DNA of 64,000 nucleotides from IMG/VR virus record IMGVR_UViG_3300031994_000033, positions 67,627 to 131,626 of that record; one strand, given 5' to 3'. The DNA is from a virus. Taxonomy: Duplodnaviria; Caudoviricetes. The stretch's first letter is position 1; every line of letters starts with the position of its first letter. Position numbers and translations under genes: made by a program. The notes below the pieces were generated by a model that did no database searches, was not told the origin of the DNA, and saw only the letters and a list, made by a program, of their open reading frames with translations. Below are positions 45,904 through 54,914 of this stretch, in pieces.

Positions 45904-46608
45904 ATGTTGAAGAGAACTAGACAAACATTCATCACCTCCGACACTCATTTCGGACATTCAAACATCATCAAGTACTGCAAGAGACCGTATAAGGTCGAGG
46001 GCGGAAACCGAAATCCCGCTAACATTCCAGAAGTCCAGCGCATGAACGAGGATATCCTCAAGCTGTTCGACAGACTTCCCGCTGACTGCGACATCTGGCA
46101 TCTTGGTGACTTCTGGTTCCCTGGTGGAAATCCGAAAGTATTTTCTAGCGACGAACTAGTTCTCAACATTGATAGCGCAGTGAAGCGCATCAAGCAGAAT
46201 GGACGCAGGATCTTCCTAGTTCTCGGCAATCACGACAACGGCCGACTGAACAACATGTCTTCTGTCGACTACTATCGTGATCGCGGCTTCGACAAGGTCT
46301 ATGACAGCCCTGTCATCTTGGAAGACAAGTGGATCTTGTCACATGAACCGGTATGGATCGAACCGTCTTCTCACTTCGTCAACCTCTACGGCCACACTCA
46401 TGATCTGGTCATTCCGGAAGACTACTTCTGCTACGATCAGGAGAACTACGCCCAGCAAGTTCGTGAAGTTATTGTACCCGAACTGAAGTGGCCTGAAAGA
46501 AAGATAAATTTAGACAACTATAGGAACGTGTGCCTTGACCACTGGCACGGAATTCCTGAATGGAAAGGAGATACACTACATGTCAACGAACAACACAAAA
46601 TCTGGTAG
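45904..46608 (+). CDS. Calcineurin-like metallophosphoesterase
   Basis: SDTHFGH, LGDF, GNHD, SHEP, GHTH. Confidence 0.9.
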   Translation: MLKRTRQTFITSDTHFGHSNIIKYCKRPYKVEGGNRNPANIPEVQRMNEDILKLFDRLPADCDIWHLGDFWFPGGNPKVFSSDELVLNIDSAVKRIKQNGRRIFLVLGNHDNGRLNNMSSVDYYRDRGFDKVYDSPVILEDKWILSHEPVWIEPSSHFVNLYGHTHDLVIPEDYFCYDQENYAQQVREVIVPELKWPERKINLDNYRNVCLDHWHGIPEWKGDTLHVNEQHKIW

Positions 46609-46996
46609 CGCAAGCACTGGCATCGGCCTCGTAGGTCTTTGGACAATCCTCGCTACTGTCTTCCACTTCGCGGGCTTTGGCGCCTTCGCTGAATGGCCAG
46701 TCATCGCATGGCCGTGGCACTGGTCTTGCTTCTGCATCGCTATTTGGTGGAGCGCAATCATAGCTCTGGTAATCTCGGTCATTGCGCTATACTACATCAT
46801 CAAGGTCCTGCGTGAGAAAAAGAAGTCCGAAGTGGCAAAGAAGGAGCTAGACGTCGCAAAGCTCGCGGCTATGGGCCGTTTCGATGAAGCTCGTTCATTA
46901 GCTAAGGCTAATTGGCCGAATGGCGTTCCTGAAAGAGTCATGAAGCATATCGAAGATCTCGAGGAGAGAAGCAAGAATGAAAGTAACGCTTCCTGA
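46580..46996 (+). CDS. Membrane protein
   Basis: Two hydrophobic segments; AGGAG RBS. Confidence 0.7.
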   Translation: MSTNNTKSGSASTGIGLVGLWTILATVFHFAGFGAFAEWPVIAWPWHWSCFCIAIWWSAIIALVISVIALYYIIKVLREKKKSEVAKKELDVAKLAAMGRFDEARSLAKANWPNGVPERVMKHIEDLEERSKNESNAS

Positions 46997-47306
46997 TCTG
47001 ACCACGATCGACTGCACAGTGGATGAGTATGAAGAGCTCATCGCACGAGGGCTAATCGGAAAGAAGCTTGATGAGTTGAAGGTCGATCTTGGCTTAGGTG
47101 AAGACAAGAAGATAACGCTTCCCAGAGCTCCTAAGTACCCTCCAAAATGGGACCAAGTCGTAGCTCTCTATGGCTGTGATGTTGCTCAGAAGCCATACAG
47201 CGGCAGCATAGATGTCAAGTTCGAACACAACTCATACACGACAACAGATGGAGTTCAGAAGTTGAATTCCGTCGTGATCAACGATACGAGCAATACAGAC
47301 GAGTAG
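46977..47306 (+). CDS. Hypothetical protein
   Basis: ORF in operon. Confidence 0.65.
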   Translation: MKVTLPDLTTIDCTVDEYEELIARGLIGKKLDELKVDLGLGEDKKITLPRAPKYPPKWDQVVALYGCDVAQKPYSGSIDVKFEHNSYTTTDGVQKLNSVVINDTSNTDE

Positions 47307-47312
47307 TGATAG

Positions 47313-47579
47313 ATGGAAGAATATATAAGTTCAGCTGAAGAGAGACCGCATATGACTAAGTACAGTTGGAGGGATCTGTGTCTCATGCTAGTCCGAGCGA
47401 TCGAGAAAAAGAATGGACCGGTACTCACGATAAGAGTTCCGATCTTGGGATGCATGACGGCAGCATTTATGTCGCACTTCTCTGGAAACGGGATCTGCTG
47501 GAACATTCTGCACTTCTTCTGCTCGTGGTTCTATGTGTCTTACAAGACTATCGAGTATCTGACTACCCACTTTTCTTGA
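47313..47579 (+). CDS. Small membrane protein
   Basis: Hydrophobic C-half, W.ILH.FCSWFYV. Confidence 0.65.
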   Translation: MEEYISSAEERPHMTKYSWRDLCLMLVRAIEKKNGPVLTIRVPILGCMTAAFMSHFSGNGICWNILHFFCSWFYVSYKTIEYLTTHFS

Positions 47580-47588
47580 GAATCTCTA

Positions 47589-47617
47589 TTTAGATTTCTC
47601 TAGAAATTACTTATTTT
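47589..47617 (+). promoter_or_regulatory. sigma70-like promoter
   Basis: TTTAGA-N17-TATTTT. Confidence 0.6.
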
Positions 47618-47640
47618 AACTAATATAAGTAGGTATCTAT

Positions 47641-48006
47641 ATGAAGTCATTTAAAGAATACATAAATGAGTCTGAGCTGTTAGTCGAGATGGCACGTGTA
47701 AATGTACGTGAGGTTGACGGGTCAATGCCGACTAACAAATACGACGTTAGGATATGGTCTAATGATCATCAACCACCTCACATTCACGTTACCTCTCCTG
47801 ACAGAAAAAACGCTGACTATGAAGCCATTTTCGAGATCGAGACCGGTAATCTCATTAAGGTCCTATTCTCTAAAAAGAATGGTGTAAGCTTTGATAATTT
47901 AGAGAAATTAGTTAAACAGTGGTTGAATGAGAAAAGTTCTCAAGTTAAAGATAAGACTAATAGAGAAATGTCTATGATCGCATGGGAACAGAACAATGAA
48001 CAGTAG
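47641..48006 (+). CDS. DUF4160-like protein with capsid-targeting-like leader
   Basis: MKSFKEYINE|SELLVE|MARV; IWSNDHQPPHIHV; WEQNN. Confidence 0.75.
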   Translation: MKSFKEYINESELLVEMARVNVREVDGSMPTNKYDVRIWSNDHQPPHIHVTSPDRKNADYEAIFEIETGNLIKVLFSKKNGVSFDNLEKLVKQWLNEKSSQVKDKTNREMSMIAWEQNNEQ

Positions 48007-48448
48007 GCTAGTCGTATTCAGAGGGATTCCTGGGTCAGGAAAGAGCACAATGGCTAAGAGGATGAGAGACAGTCTCATCGAACTCGGCTACACTGTCGGC
48101 TACTACGAGGCTGATATGTACTGGATGACTGAAACTGGAGAGTATCTGTTCGATCCGAAAAGACTATCAGACGCTCACGCTTGGTGCAGAAGCAAGGTAC
48201 GAGAAGCCCTTCACAACTGCGACGTCGTTATTGTCGCGAACACTAACCTCACAAAGAAGGAAATGGATCTATGGCAGCAGATCGCCTTATCGGAGCATGT
48301 CAAGCTGGAGGTCTTCCACTTGAAGACAGAGTATGGGAACATTCACAACGTTCCAGCGGAGACTATCGAGAAGATGAAGAATAGAGAGATAGACTGGCCA
48401 GGAGAGATAGTCATAAATGAGGCTAGTCAAGAGGGATATGATGAATAA
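47996..48448 (+). CDS. P-loop kinase (AAA_33/polynucleotide kinase-like)
   Basis: RGIPGSGKST, EADMY, VIVANTN, HNVP.ETIEKM. Confidence 0.85.
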   Translation: MNSRLVVFRGIPGSGKSTMAKRMRDSLIELGYTVGYYEADMYWMTETGEYLFDPKRLSDAHAWCRSKVREALHNCDVVIVANTNLTKKEMDLWQQIALSEHVKLEVFHLKTEYGNIHNVPAETIEKMKNREIDWPGEIVINEASQEGYDE

Positions 48449-48587
48449 GATGTATGTGAAGCCAGAGATGAGAATCGTCGAGGGTGAGCCTCAATATCTT
48501 CTTGCTGCTTCTGGCGAAGAAGATGATCCGTGGTGGGTTCCGCCAGAAGAGAAAGAGGGCTGTGATACTCCGTGGTGGTGCCCGTAA
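48438..48587 (+). CDS. 49-aa peptide with YxKPxM leader-like N-terminus and PWW repeats, not in the ORF track
   Basis: MMNKMYVKPEMRIVEGEPQYLLAASGEEDDPWWVPPEEKEGCDTPWWCP; GAGGG RBS; overlaps both neighbours. Confidence 0.65.
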   Translation: MMNKMYVKPEMRIVEGEPQYLLAASGEEDDPWWVPPEEKEGCDTPWWCP

Positions 48588-48754
48588 TGAGTGACTCCAT
48601 GATGTCTGTCTTTCCAGCAGAAGAGCTCAAGCGGATGATCATGCACGTAGATCGATTCGACACGGACGTGGTCACCGACGAGAAGCTCAATGTGATAAAG
48701 GCAGAAGAGAAAGTGGAAGAGATCACTGAACAGATCATCACCGAGAACTTATAA
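48587..48754 (+). CDS. Small hypothetical protein
   Basis: TAATG coupling. Confidence 0.55.
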   Translation: MSDSMMSVFPAEELKRMIMHVDRFDTDVVTDEKLNVIKAEEKVEEITEQIITENL

Positions 48755-48763
48755 GAGACAACT

Positions 48764-49306
48764 ATGAAAAGACGAATCATGCTCGACATGGACGGAGTGC
48801 TTTGTGACTTCGACTGGCAAGTGAAAAACTTTCACGCTATCAAAGATAACGGAAAGTGCGACTGGAAGCTGATGGACAAGATAGGACCGCAGTTCTGGTC
48901 GAACATGAAGTGGAACGAAGAGGGACACAAGCTCTACAACGCTCTTATCGAACTCGTAAAGAAGAACCCTGACTTAGAGCTGGGCATCGCATCTGCTATC
49001 TTCCTGCACAACGGCAAGAAGGGTAAGCGCGAGTGGATAGCTGCTAACTGTCCAGAGATCCAGATGCAGAACATCGAGATCATAAACAAGGGAATCGACA
49101 AATGGCACTTCCTCCAAGAGTCCGACATCCTGATCGATGACAACAAGGACAACGTAGATCTGCACGTCAAGGCGCATCCAGACTCTCGAGGCATCGTGTT
49201 CACGGACTCTAAATCTGCACTGTTCAGACTGGATATGATCCTCGCCGATGACAGAGAATTCGACAAATTGTGCGAAGATCACGACAAAATGCTAGAAAAT
49301 TCTTAG
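48764..49306 (+). CDS. HAD-family 5'(3')-deoxyribonucleotidase-like
   Basis: LDMDGVLCDF, K..W, ILIDD. Confidence 0.85.
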   Translation: MKRRIMLDMDGVLCDFDWQVKNFHAIKDNGKCDWKLMDKIGPQFWSNMKWNEEGHKLYNALIELVKKNPDLELGIASAIFLHNGKKGKREWIAANCPEIQMQNIEIINKGIDKWHFLQESDILIDDNKDNVDLHVKAHPDSRGIVFTDSKSALFRLDMILADDREFDKLCEDHDKMLENS

Positions 49307-49314
49307 TTTCTCTA

Positions 49315-49343
49315 TTTACAAATAGGACGAAAATGTCTATATT
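49315..49343 (+). promoter_or_regulatory. sigma70-like promoter
   Basis: TTTACA-N17-TATATT followed by AACTTCAACAAGGACC. Confidence 0.8.
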
Positions 49344-49373
49344 GTAGATGTAACTTCAACAAGGACCACTATT

Positions 49374-49709
49374 ATGAAAACTCCGATGTTCGCATTTCTC
49401 TTAAGGGAACACCTCAAGATCAGCATCGATCGTGCGAATAAGCTAGCTTCTGTATTGACAGAAGAGACTCTACGCTGTATGCAGTATGAGCTCGAGGAAC
49501 AGAAGGCGTTCTTTCTCCAACGCGAAAAGGACTTGCAGGCTCGCTACGACGCTCTGAAGAACGAGTCTCTGAACGACATGATCAAGCGTATCGCTGCTGA
49601 AGTAGTCGACAAAGAGATCAAACAGAACTTGTCGATTGAACCGAACCCGGATCCCTACTCACACTCTACCACTCCGGTTCTTGAGTGGAAAGGCGAGGAA
49701 ATAGCATGA
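49374..49709 (+). CDS. Hypothetical protein
   Basis: AAGGA RBS. Confidence 0.7.
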   Translation: MKTPMFAFLLREHLKISIDRANKLASVLTEETLRCMQYELEEQKAFFLQREKDLQARYDALKNESLNDMIKRIAAEVVDKEIKQNLSIEPNPDPYSHSTTPVLEWKGEEIA

Positions 49710-50857
49710 ACGAATTAACTCTTGAAAAGTGCTTAGAATATGCAGATCTCGGATGGCTAGACAAGCACGAGTCTGCTGACGGAAAGCTTGTCGGCTTCAA
49801 GTACTCTCGACAGACAGTCTATGACGGCGCTTGGGACGAGATCACGCTCCAGTGCCGTGGCATCGTGTTCGATAAGTCTACTGGTTACATCATCGCTCAT
49901 CCGTTCAACAAGTTCTTCAACTATGAAGAGATCTACGACGTGACTACTAATGACGGCTACATGCGTCTTACTAAGCTCGGTGAAACTCTAACGAGACTGG
50001 GACACGAATTTGAGCCGAACATCACGAAGGACTTCCGTGCTATGGACAAGCTTGACGGATCGCTCGGCATCTTGTTCTACTACGACGGAAAGTGGATCAT
50101 CAAGACCGCTGGATCATTCGATTCAGATCAGGCTAAGTGGGCTCAGAACTGGTTCGACACTAAGATCGACGACGAGCGCAAAGAATTGCACTTGGACCAG
50201 AACTGGACTTACTGCTTCGAGATCATCTCCAACGAAGACCCGCACGTATGTCACTACGACTACGAGGGCTTAGTTCTGTTAGGATTCTTCGACGAGAATC
50301 ACACAGAGGCAGAGATGGTCGAGATCGCGGATCTCGCTTACAAGCTGGACATCCGTTACTCTGAAATGATCTACTTCGACTCGATGGAGAAGATGATCGC
50401 GCAGGCTAAGAAGCTCGACGTGGATCACGAGGGCTTCGTAGTGACATTCTCGTCTGGGTTCAAGATGAAGATCAAGGGCGTAGAATATCTCGAGAAGTTC
50501 AAGATGATGTCTGCAATCTCTAAGAAGGACATCCGCGCTCACTTCGATAAAGATGCATTGATAGTAGAGCCAGAGTACAAAAAGATGATTCCGGAAGAGC
50601 TCTGGGATATGCGCGAATACGCTGACAAACTTGAACGCAAATGCGAAGAGATCAAATTTAAGGCGGAAGATTCTGCTGCTGAGCTATTGAATCTTGAAGG
50701 TCGTGAACGCTACGACAAGGCTGTAGAAATCCTGGGCAAGAGATACGCTTGCCTGGCAATCAACTTGGCGACTGGAAGGAAGATCAACGAACTCGTCTTC
50801 AAGTTCGCAGTAGAAGAACTAAAGTCTAAAGGAGACGACGATGACGACAACGAATAA
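49706..50857 (+). CDS. RNA ligase, T4 Rnl1-like
   Basis: QCRGIVF, PFNKFFNYEE, motif I DKLDGSL, FEII, EGFVV, KMKIKG.EY. Confidence 0.9.
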   Translation: MNELTLEKCLEYADLGWLDKHESADGKLVGFKYSRQTVYDGAWDEITLQCRGIVFDKSTGYIIAHPFNKFFNYEEIYDVTTNDGYMRLTKLGETLTRLGHEFEPNITKDFRAMDKLDGSLGILFYYDGKWIIKTAGSFDSDQAKWAQNWFDTKIDDERKELHLDQNWTYCFEIISNEDPHVCHYDYEGLVLLGFFDENHTEAEMVEIADLAYKLDIRYSEMIYFDSMEKMIAQAKKLDVDHEGFVVTFSSGFKMKIKGVEYLEKFKMMSAISKKDIRAHFDKDALIVEPEYKKMIPEELWDMREYADKLERKCEEIKFKAEDSAAELLNLEGRERYDKAVEILGKRYACLAINLATGRKINELVFKFAVEELKSKGDDDDDNE

Positions 50858-51284
50858 TAGAAAGACTACTGAACTCCATCACTACTCGGTAGCTCGATGG
50901 AATGGACAGCCCTTCCATCCAGACTATGTCTGGAACGCTGGAGACGAGTACGCAAACAATATCACCAAATTGCCGTGGGGCAAAGACGTGAAGGTTATCG
51001 GGTACAGTGATGGCAAGTGGCTCGTGACTAACGGTAGCTCAAAGACACCAGTCAAGATCGATTTTGTCGGCATCCACGCTGACAATCTGCCGAGACGCAT
51101 GTTCAACCGTGAGCTCATGGAATGGCTGCTCGAACACAAGGGCGTAAAGATCACTAAGACTGGTTGGGTTTCCATGATCCATCAGTACCAGATCAAGGAC
51201 GAGAACAACTATGTCGAAGCTGGTGTTCTAGTGCGTCCGAACGGCAGCACTGAACTAGTCCAGCCTACAATCGATCTTCTGTAA
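50841..51284 (+). CDS. Hypothetical protein
   Basis: AGGAG RBS inside the upstream gene. Confidence 0.7.
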   Translation: MTTTNNRKTTELHHYSVARWNGQPFHPDYVWNAGDEYANNITKLPWGKDVKVIGYSDGKWLVTNGSSKTPVKIDFVGIHADNLPRRMFNRELMEWLLEHKGVKITKTGWVSMIHQYQIKDENNYVEAGVLVRPNGSTELVQPTIDLL

Positions 51285-51298
51285 AATAAAGTTTACTA

Positions 51299-51327
51299 TT
51301 TACAAATCCGCAAAAGTTTTCTATATT
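51299..51327 (+). promoter_or_regulatory. sigma70-like promoter
   Basis: TTTACA-N17-TATATT. Confidence 0.8.
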
Positions 51328-51341
51328 GTGGTACAACAAAA

Positions 51342-51400
51342 ACGAGAGATGGTCACAGCAATTTTTTATGCATGGTTCGCACAATCAAATTCCATCTCGT
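51342..51400 (+). ncRNA. Candidate structured leader/small RNA upstream of the DUF2828 gene
   Basis: ACGAGAGATGG pairs with CCATCTCGT (2-nt bulge); loop contains CACAGCAA and GGTTCG. Confidence 0.45.
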
Positions 51401-51428
51401 CAACTTTGAACCGAAGGAAGTAACTCAA

Positions 51429-52937
51429 ATGTCATTCTATTCCGAAATGGAAAAGATCCTCAAGAAGAACAAGACTCTCACCGAGAACGGTGGTGTCGGT
51501 TATGAAACCTCTGGCCACGCCCTCTTGGATATGAACTACAAGGTAGCCTCTTACCGCACTGCGGACGAGGGCACTATCTTGGCTGACTTCCTGAAGGCTT
51601 TCGCAGAAACCCCGGAACTCGCTATCAAGTGGATGTTCTATGCGGGTGACGTTCGTGAAGGTCTCGGCGAGCGCCGTCTGTTCAAGATCCTCGTCAAGAA
51701 CGTGATGCCGAAGTACCCGCACTTGATCAAGTTCATTCCCGAGTACTCTCGTTGGGATGTCGTGACCGAGCTGCTCGGCACTTCTGTCGAAGCGGAAGTT
51801 GTAGCTCTGATCCGTTCTCAGCTCGATACCGACTTGAAGGCTGCTAAGGCAGGCAAGTCGATCTCGCTGCTCGCTAAGTGGATGCCGTCTGTGAACACTT
51901 CCTCTAAGGAAACTGTCGCTAAGGCTAACAAGCTTTGCGCTCTCATCGGTATGAAGCCCGCTCAGTATCGTAAGACTCTGTCTGGACTCCGCAAGTACTC
52001 GAACGTGATCGAAGTCAAGCTCTGTAAGAACGAATGGAGCGACGTGGACTACGAAGCTGTTCCGTCTCAGGCTAACCTGAAGTACAAGGACGCCTTTCTC
52101 AAGCACGACGAAGCCCGTCGTCGTGAGTTCCTCGGTAAGCTCACCAAGGGCGAAGCTAAGATCAACGCTTCTGCTGCTTTCCCGCATGAAGTGGTATACA
52201 AGTACCGCTCTCAGTCTGGAGAATACAGCTCTACAGTCGATCCGGCGCTCGAGGGTATGTGGAAGAACTTGAAGTCCATCGAGATGACCAAGCCGATGAT
52301 CGTCGTTCGCGACGGCTCTGGCTCTATGGTATGCACGGTCGGCGGTACTCGTGTCCAGGCGCTCGACGTCGCAACTGCTATCGCAATCTACTGCTCTGAG
52401 CACGCTGCTCAGGGTTTCGAGAACGAGTTCATCACTTTCGGCAACAAGCCGAAGCTCGTGAAGTTCGGTCCGAAGATGACTCTTCGCGACAAGATGACAT
52501 TGGCTTACCGAGAAGCTGACTGCTCCAACACCGACATCGAGGCTACTATGGATCTCATCCTTAGCACGGCTAAGAGAAGTCATCTGAAGCAGGACCAGAT
52601 TCCGGATGTGATGATCATCTCCGACATGGAGTTCGACTCTGCAACTACTTGCTCAACGGCCTACAGCTGGCAGATAACTTCTACGAAGGATCTGCCGACC
52701 GTGTTCGAGTCTATCCGTCAGAAGTACAAGGCTGCAGGCTATGACCTCCCGGGCATGGTCTTCTGGAACGTCAACTCTCGCACCAACGCTGTTCCGCTTC
52801 AGGAGAACAAGTATGGTCTCAAGCTCCTCTCGGGATTCAGCCAGAACGTGCTCAACATGGCGCTCTCTAACAAGCTCGATCCGTTCGAAGTCTTGAAGGA
52901 TACTCTGCTCTCCAAGCGCTATGAGGTCATCAAGTGA
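51429..52937 (+). CDS. DUF2828 family (TROVE-like helical + vWA/MIDAS) protein
   Basis: TLTENG, DVREGLGERR.F, PEYSRWD, LAKWMPS, RDGSGSM, ISDMEFD, VFWNV, SGFS. Confidence 0.85.
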   Translation: MSFYSEMEKILKKNKTLTENGGVGYETSGHALLDMNYKVASYRTADEGTILADFLKAFAETPELAIKWMFYAGDVREGLGERRLFKILVKNVMPKYPHLIKFIPEYSRWDVVTELLGTSVEAEVVALIRSQLDTDLKAAKAGKSISLLAKWMPSVNTSSKETVAKANKLCALIGMKPAQYRKTLSGLRKYSNVIEVKLCKNEWSDVDYEAVPSQANLKYKDAFLKHDEARRREFLGKLTKGEAKINASAAFPHEVVYKYRSQSGEYSSTVDPALEGMWKNLKSIEMTKPMIVVRDGSGSMVCTVGGTRVQALDVATAIAIYCSEHAAQGFENEFITFGNKPKLVKFGPKMTLRDKMTLAYREADCSNTDIEATMDLILSTAKRSHLKQDQIPDVMIISDMEFDSATTCSTAYSWQITSTKDLPTVFESIRQKYKAAGYDLPGMVFWNVNSRTNAVPLQENKYGLKLLSGFSQNVLNMALSNKLDPFEVLKDTLLSKRYEVIK

Positions 52938-53116
52938 GTAAGAAACGCTACCGCTGCGAAGTCCTCATGGGCGGCGAAGCCGAAGTCTTCAAGCGCTATG
53001 GAAAGGACGAGGAGACGGTCCGTAGTGAACTTCAGGCATTCCTGAGAGAATCCTACGGGCACATCTTCCAGATCAAGTCCGTCGAGCTTGACAAGACGAA
53101 GACCGTAAAAGAATAA
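52934..53116 (+). CDS. Small hypothetical protein
   Basis: GTGA overlap. Confidence 0.6.
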   Translation: MSKKRYRCEVLMGGEAEVFKRYGKDEETVRSELQAFLRESYGHIFQIKSVELDKTKTVKE

Positions 53117-53124
53117 AGAACAAC

Positions 53125-53161
53125 AAAGTCTGTGAGCTGTCTTACAGACTTTTTCTATATT
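53125..53161 (+). terminator. Terminator hairpin abutting a TATATT -10 box
   Basis: AAAGTCTGTGAG/CTTACAGACTTT followed by a T run. Confidence 0.7.
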
Positions 53162-53167
53162 TTGAAT

Positions 53168-53347
53168 ATGAAGATCTATCTATTCACAGTTCGCTATCGC
53201 CAGACTTTCGACAACGACTGGCAGTTCAAGAATGTCGTCATATCTGACAGCGCTAACTTGAAGAGCGCTTTATATGAGCTTCGAAAACAGTTCAGCGATG
53301 GAACGAAGTACATAATCGACAACACGTATTCGGAAGAGGATAAGTAA
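53168..53347 (+). CDS. Small hypothetical protein
   Basis: ORF MKIYLFTV... Confidence 0.55.
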   Translation: MKIYLFTVRYRQTFDNDWQFKNVVISDSANLKSALYELRKQFSDGTKYIIDNTYSEEDK

Positions 53348-54159
53348 TGAAGATCAACTCTAAGTTCAAAGACTACTACGACTGTGCTCTAAGTTCATTC
53401 ATGGACTCTGACGTCGTGTTCAACCGCACACCGAAGATCGAAGCACACAACGTGATGGACTTCCCGTCATTAGGAGCGGACTTCGACGGATTGATGCACA
53501 GTCCTAGGAGTTACATTGAAGAGCACAATGGACTCGCTATCGATCCAAGGATAGGACGTCCTGAGCTATACTCGTTCTGGGTAGGCTTCTGCGGAAAGTA
53601 CTATCCTTTCGTGACTCCATCTGGAACGGTAGGAGAGATGGTCTGGTCGAAGTACTCTGATGAGACGATCGAGGATCCGATGAACAGCGAACTCAAAGGT
53701 TTCTTCAGAGATTCAGTCAGATGGAACGTCGAGCCATCGGACTTTGACACGATCTCGCTCTATAGTCGATTCGATGTTGACTTCAAGAGCTCGATAGGAC
53801 TCAAGATGGACAAGATGCCGTCGAGGACAGAATTCCAGAATCCAGCCGAAGCTATGTTCTGGAAAGACGAAGCTTTCGAGAAGTTTGGACCGATCTTCAT
53901 GGTCGTGTTCCCTGTTCAGACTAAGTACGTTATTAAGCGTGATAGAAAGCGTATATGGATCTTCAAGAACCCATGCCTGAAGTCTATTGGGTTCCAGAAA
54001 GTCATGGATCCATACACGGCTCTGTGGACTCTAGAGAACTGGTTAGACAGTCACGCAAGACCAGATGACGCAGTCGTACCCGTTGGCGACGACATAACGA
54101 GGATCAAAGCCTATGGTTTCGACCCGAAGACGTCATTCAGAAAAGGAAAAGAAAAATGA
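53347..54159 (+). CDS. Conserved phage hypothetical protein
   Basis: MKINSKFKDYYD...GFCGK.YP...GFD.KTSFRK. Confidence 0.75.
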   Translation: MKINSKFKDYYDCALSSFMDSDVVFNRTPKIEAHNVMDFPSLGADFDGLMHSPRSYIEEHNGLAIDPRIGRPELYSFWVGFCGKYYPFVTPSGTVGEMVWSKYSDETIEDPMNSELKGFFRDSVRWNVEPSDFDTISLYSRFDVDFKSSIGLKMDKMPSRTEFQNPAEAMFWKDEAFEKFGPIFMVVFPVQTKYVIKRDRKRIWIFKNPCLKSIGFQKVMDPYTALWTLENWLDSHARPDDAVVPVGDDITRIKAYGFDPKTSFRKGKEK

Positions 54160-54440
54160 TCTACACAAGAGACGAAACAGGATATATCCTGAAGCACGAA
54201 ACTGGAAAATACTTCTCGATGACGGATCCTACTCCACTTGGTTTTGACCATCTCACGGATGATCCAGTCAAAGCGACACGATTCCCTGTTCGTGAACTAG
54301 CAGAGATTGCAGTCAAACGGAATAAAGAGCATGATCGAAGCACTATTCGCTGGAATTCTGAAATGGCTCTAATCGAAACAATCTCTGATTGCACCGTAAA
54401 AGAGATAAAGATCCACACTGAATATGAGGTAGAGGAATGA
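54156..54440 (+). CDS. Hypothetical protein
   Basis: ATGA overlap. Confidence 0.65.
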   Translation: MIYTRDETGYILKHETGKYFSMTDPTPLGFDHLTDDPVKATRFPVRELAEIAVKRNKEHDRSTIRWNSEMALIETISDCTVKEIKIHTEYEVEE

Positions 54441-54631
54441 GAAATTTGTGGTTCTACTTGGGAATGTTCATTGTAGTGAGTGGCATGGAAATTGCCGTCA
54501 GGAACATCTGCGGACTTGATAAGCTTCCGACATCTGCTGCAGTAGTTCTAGGGGTTGGTTCTGGCGTAGTCGCTACACTGGCTTACATCTTAGCTAAGCT
54601 CGAAGATCGAGACAAGAAGGACGATGAGTAA
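54437..54631 (+). CDS. Small two-TM protein
   Basis: Two hydrophobic segments. Confidence 0.6.
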   Translation: MRNLWFYLGMFIVVSGMEIAVRNICGLDKLPTSAAVVLGVGSGVVATLAYILAKLEDRDKKDDE

Positions 54632-54902
54632 GTTCTTCGATACAAAAGAGTGGGACGTTGACGTAAAGTTCGTGAAGTTCTACATCAATGGAATTCCGTT
54701 GACTGTGAGATTCACTGCTCATCGGACGATCAACAAGTGGCTGTGGAACTTCTACAAGTCAGACACGCTCACGTTCCATCACAACTACACAGAGAGCCGA
54801 AAGAAGCTTATAAATTCAACATTCGGAGAAAAAGAGGCTCGCCAACTTCAGCTCTTGGTCGACATCGAGATGCTGAAGCTCAAGCTCAAGAATCTCCGAT
54901 AG
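54624..54902 (+). CDS. Hypothetical protein
   Basis: Overlapping ORF in operon. Confidence 0.6.
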   Translation: MSKFFDTKEWDVDVKFVKFYINGIPLTVRFTAHRTINKWLWNFYKSDTLTFHHNYTESRKKLINSTFGEKEARQLQLLVDIEMLKLKLKNLR

Positions 54903-54914
54903 AAAGGAGAAAAC

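Noticed and set aside
51432-52583. 383-aa minus-strand ORF
   Set aside because: Antisense shadow of the DUF2828 gene caused by codon bias
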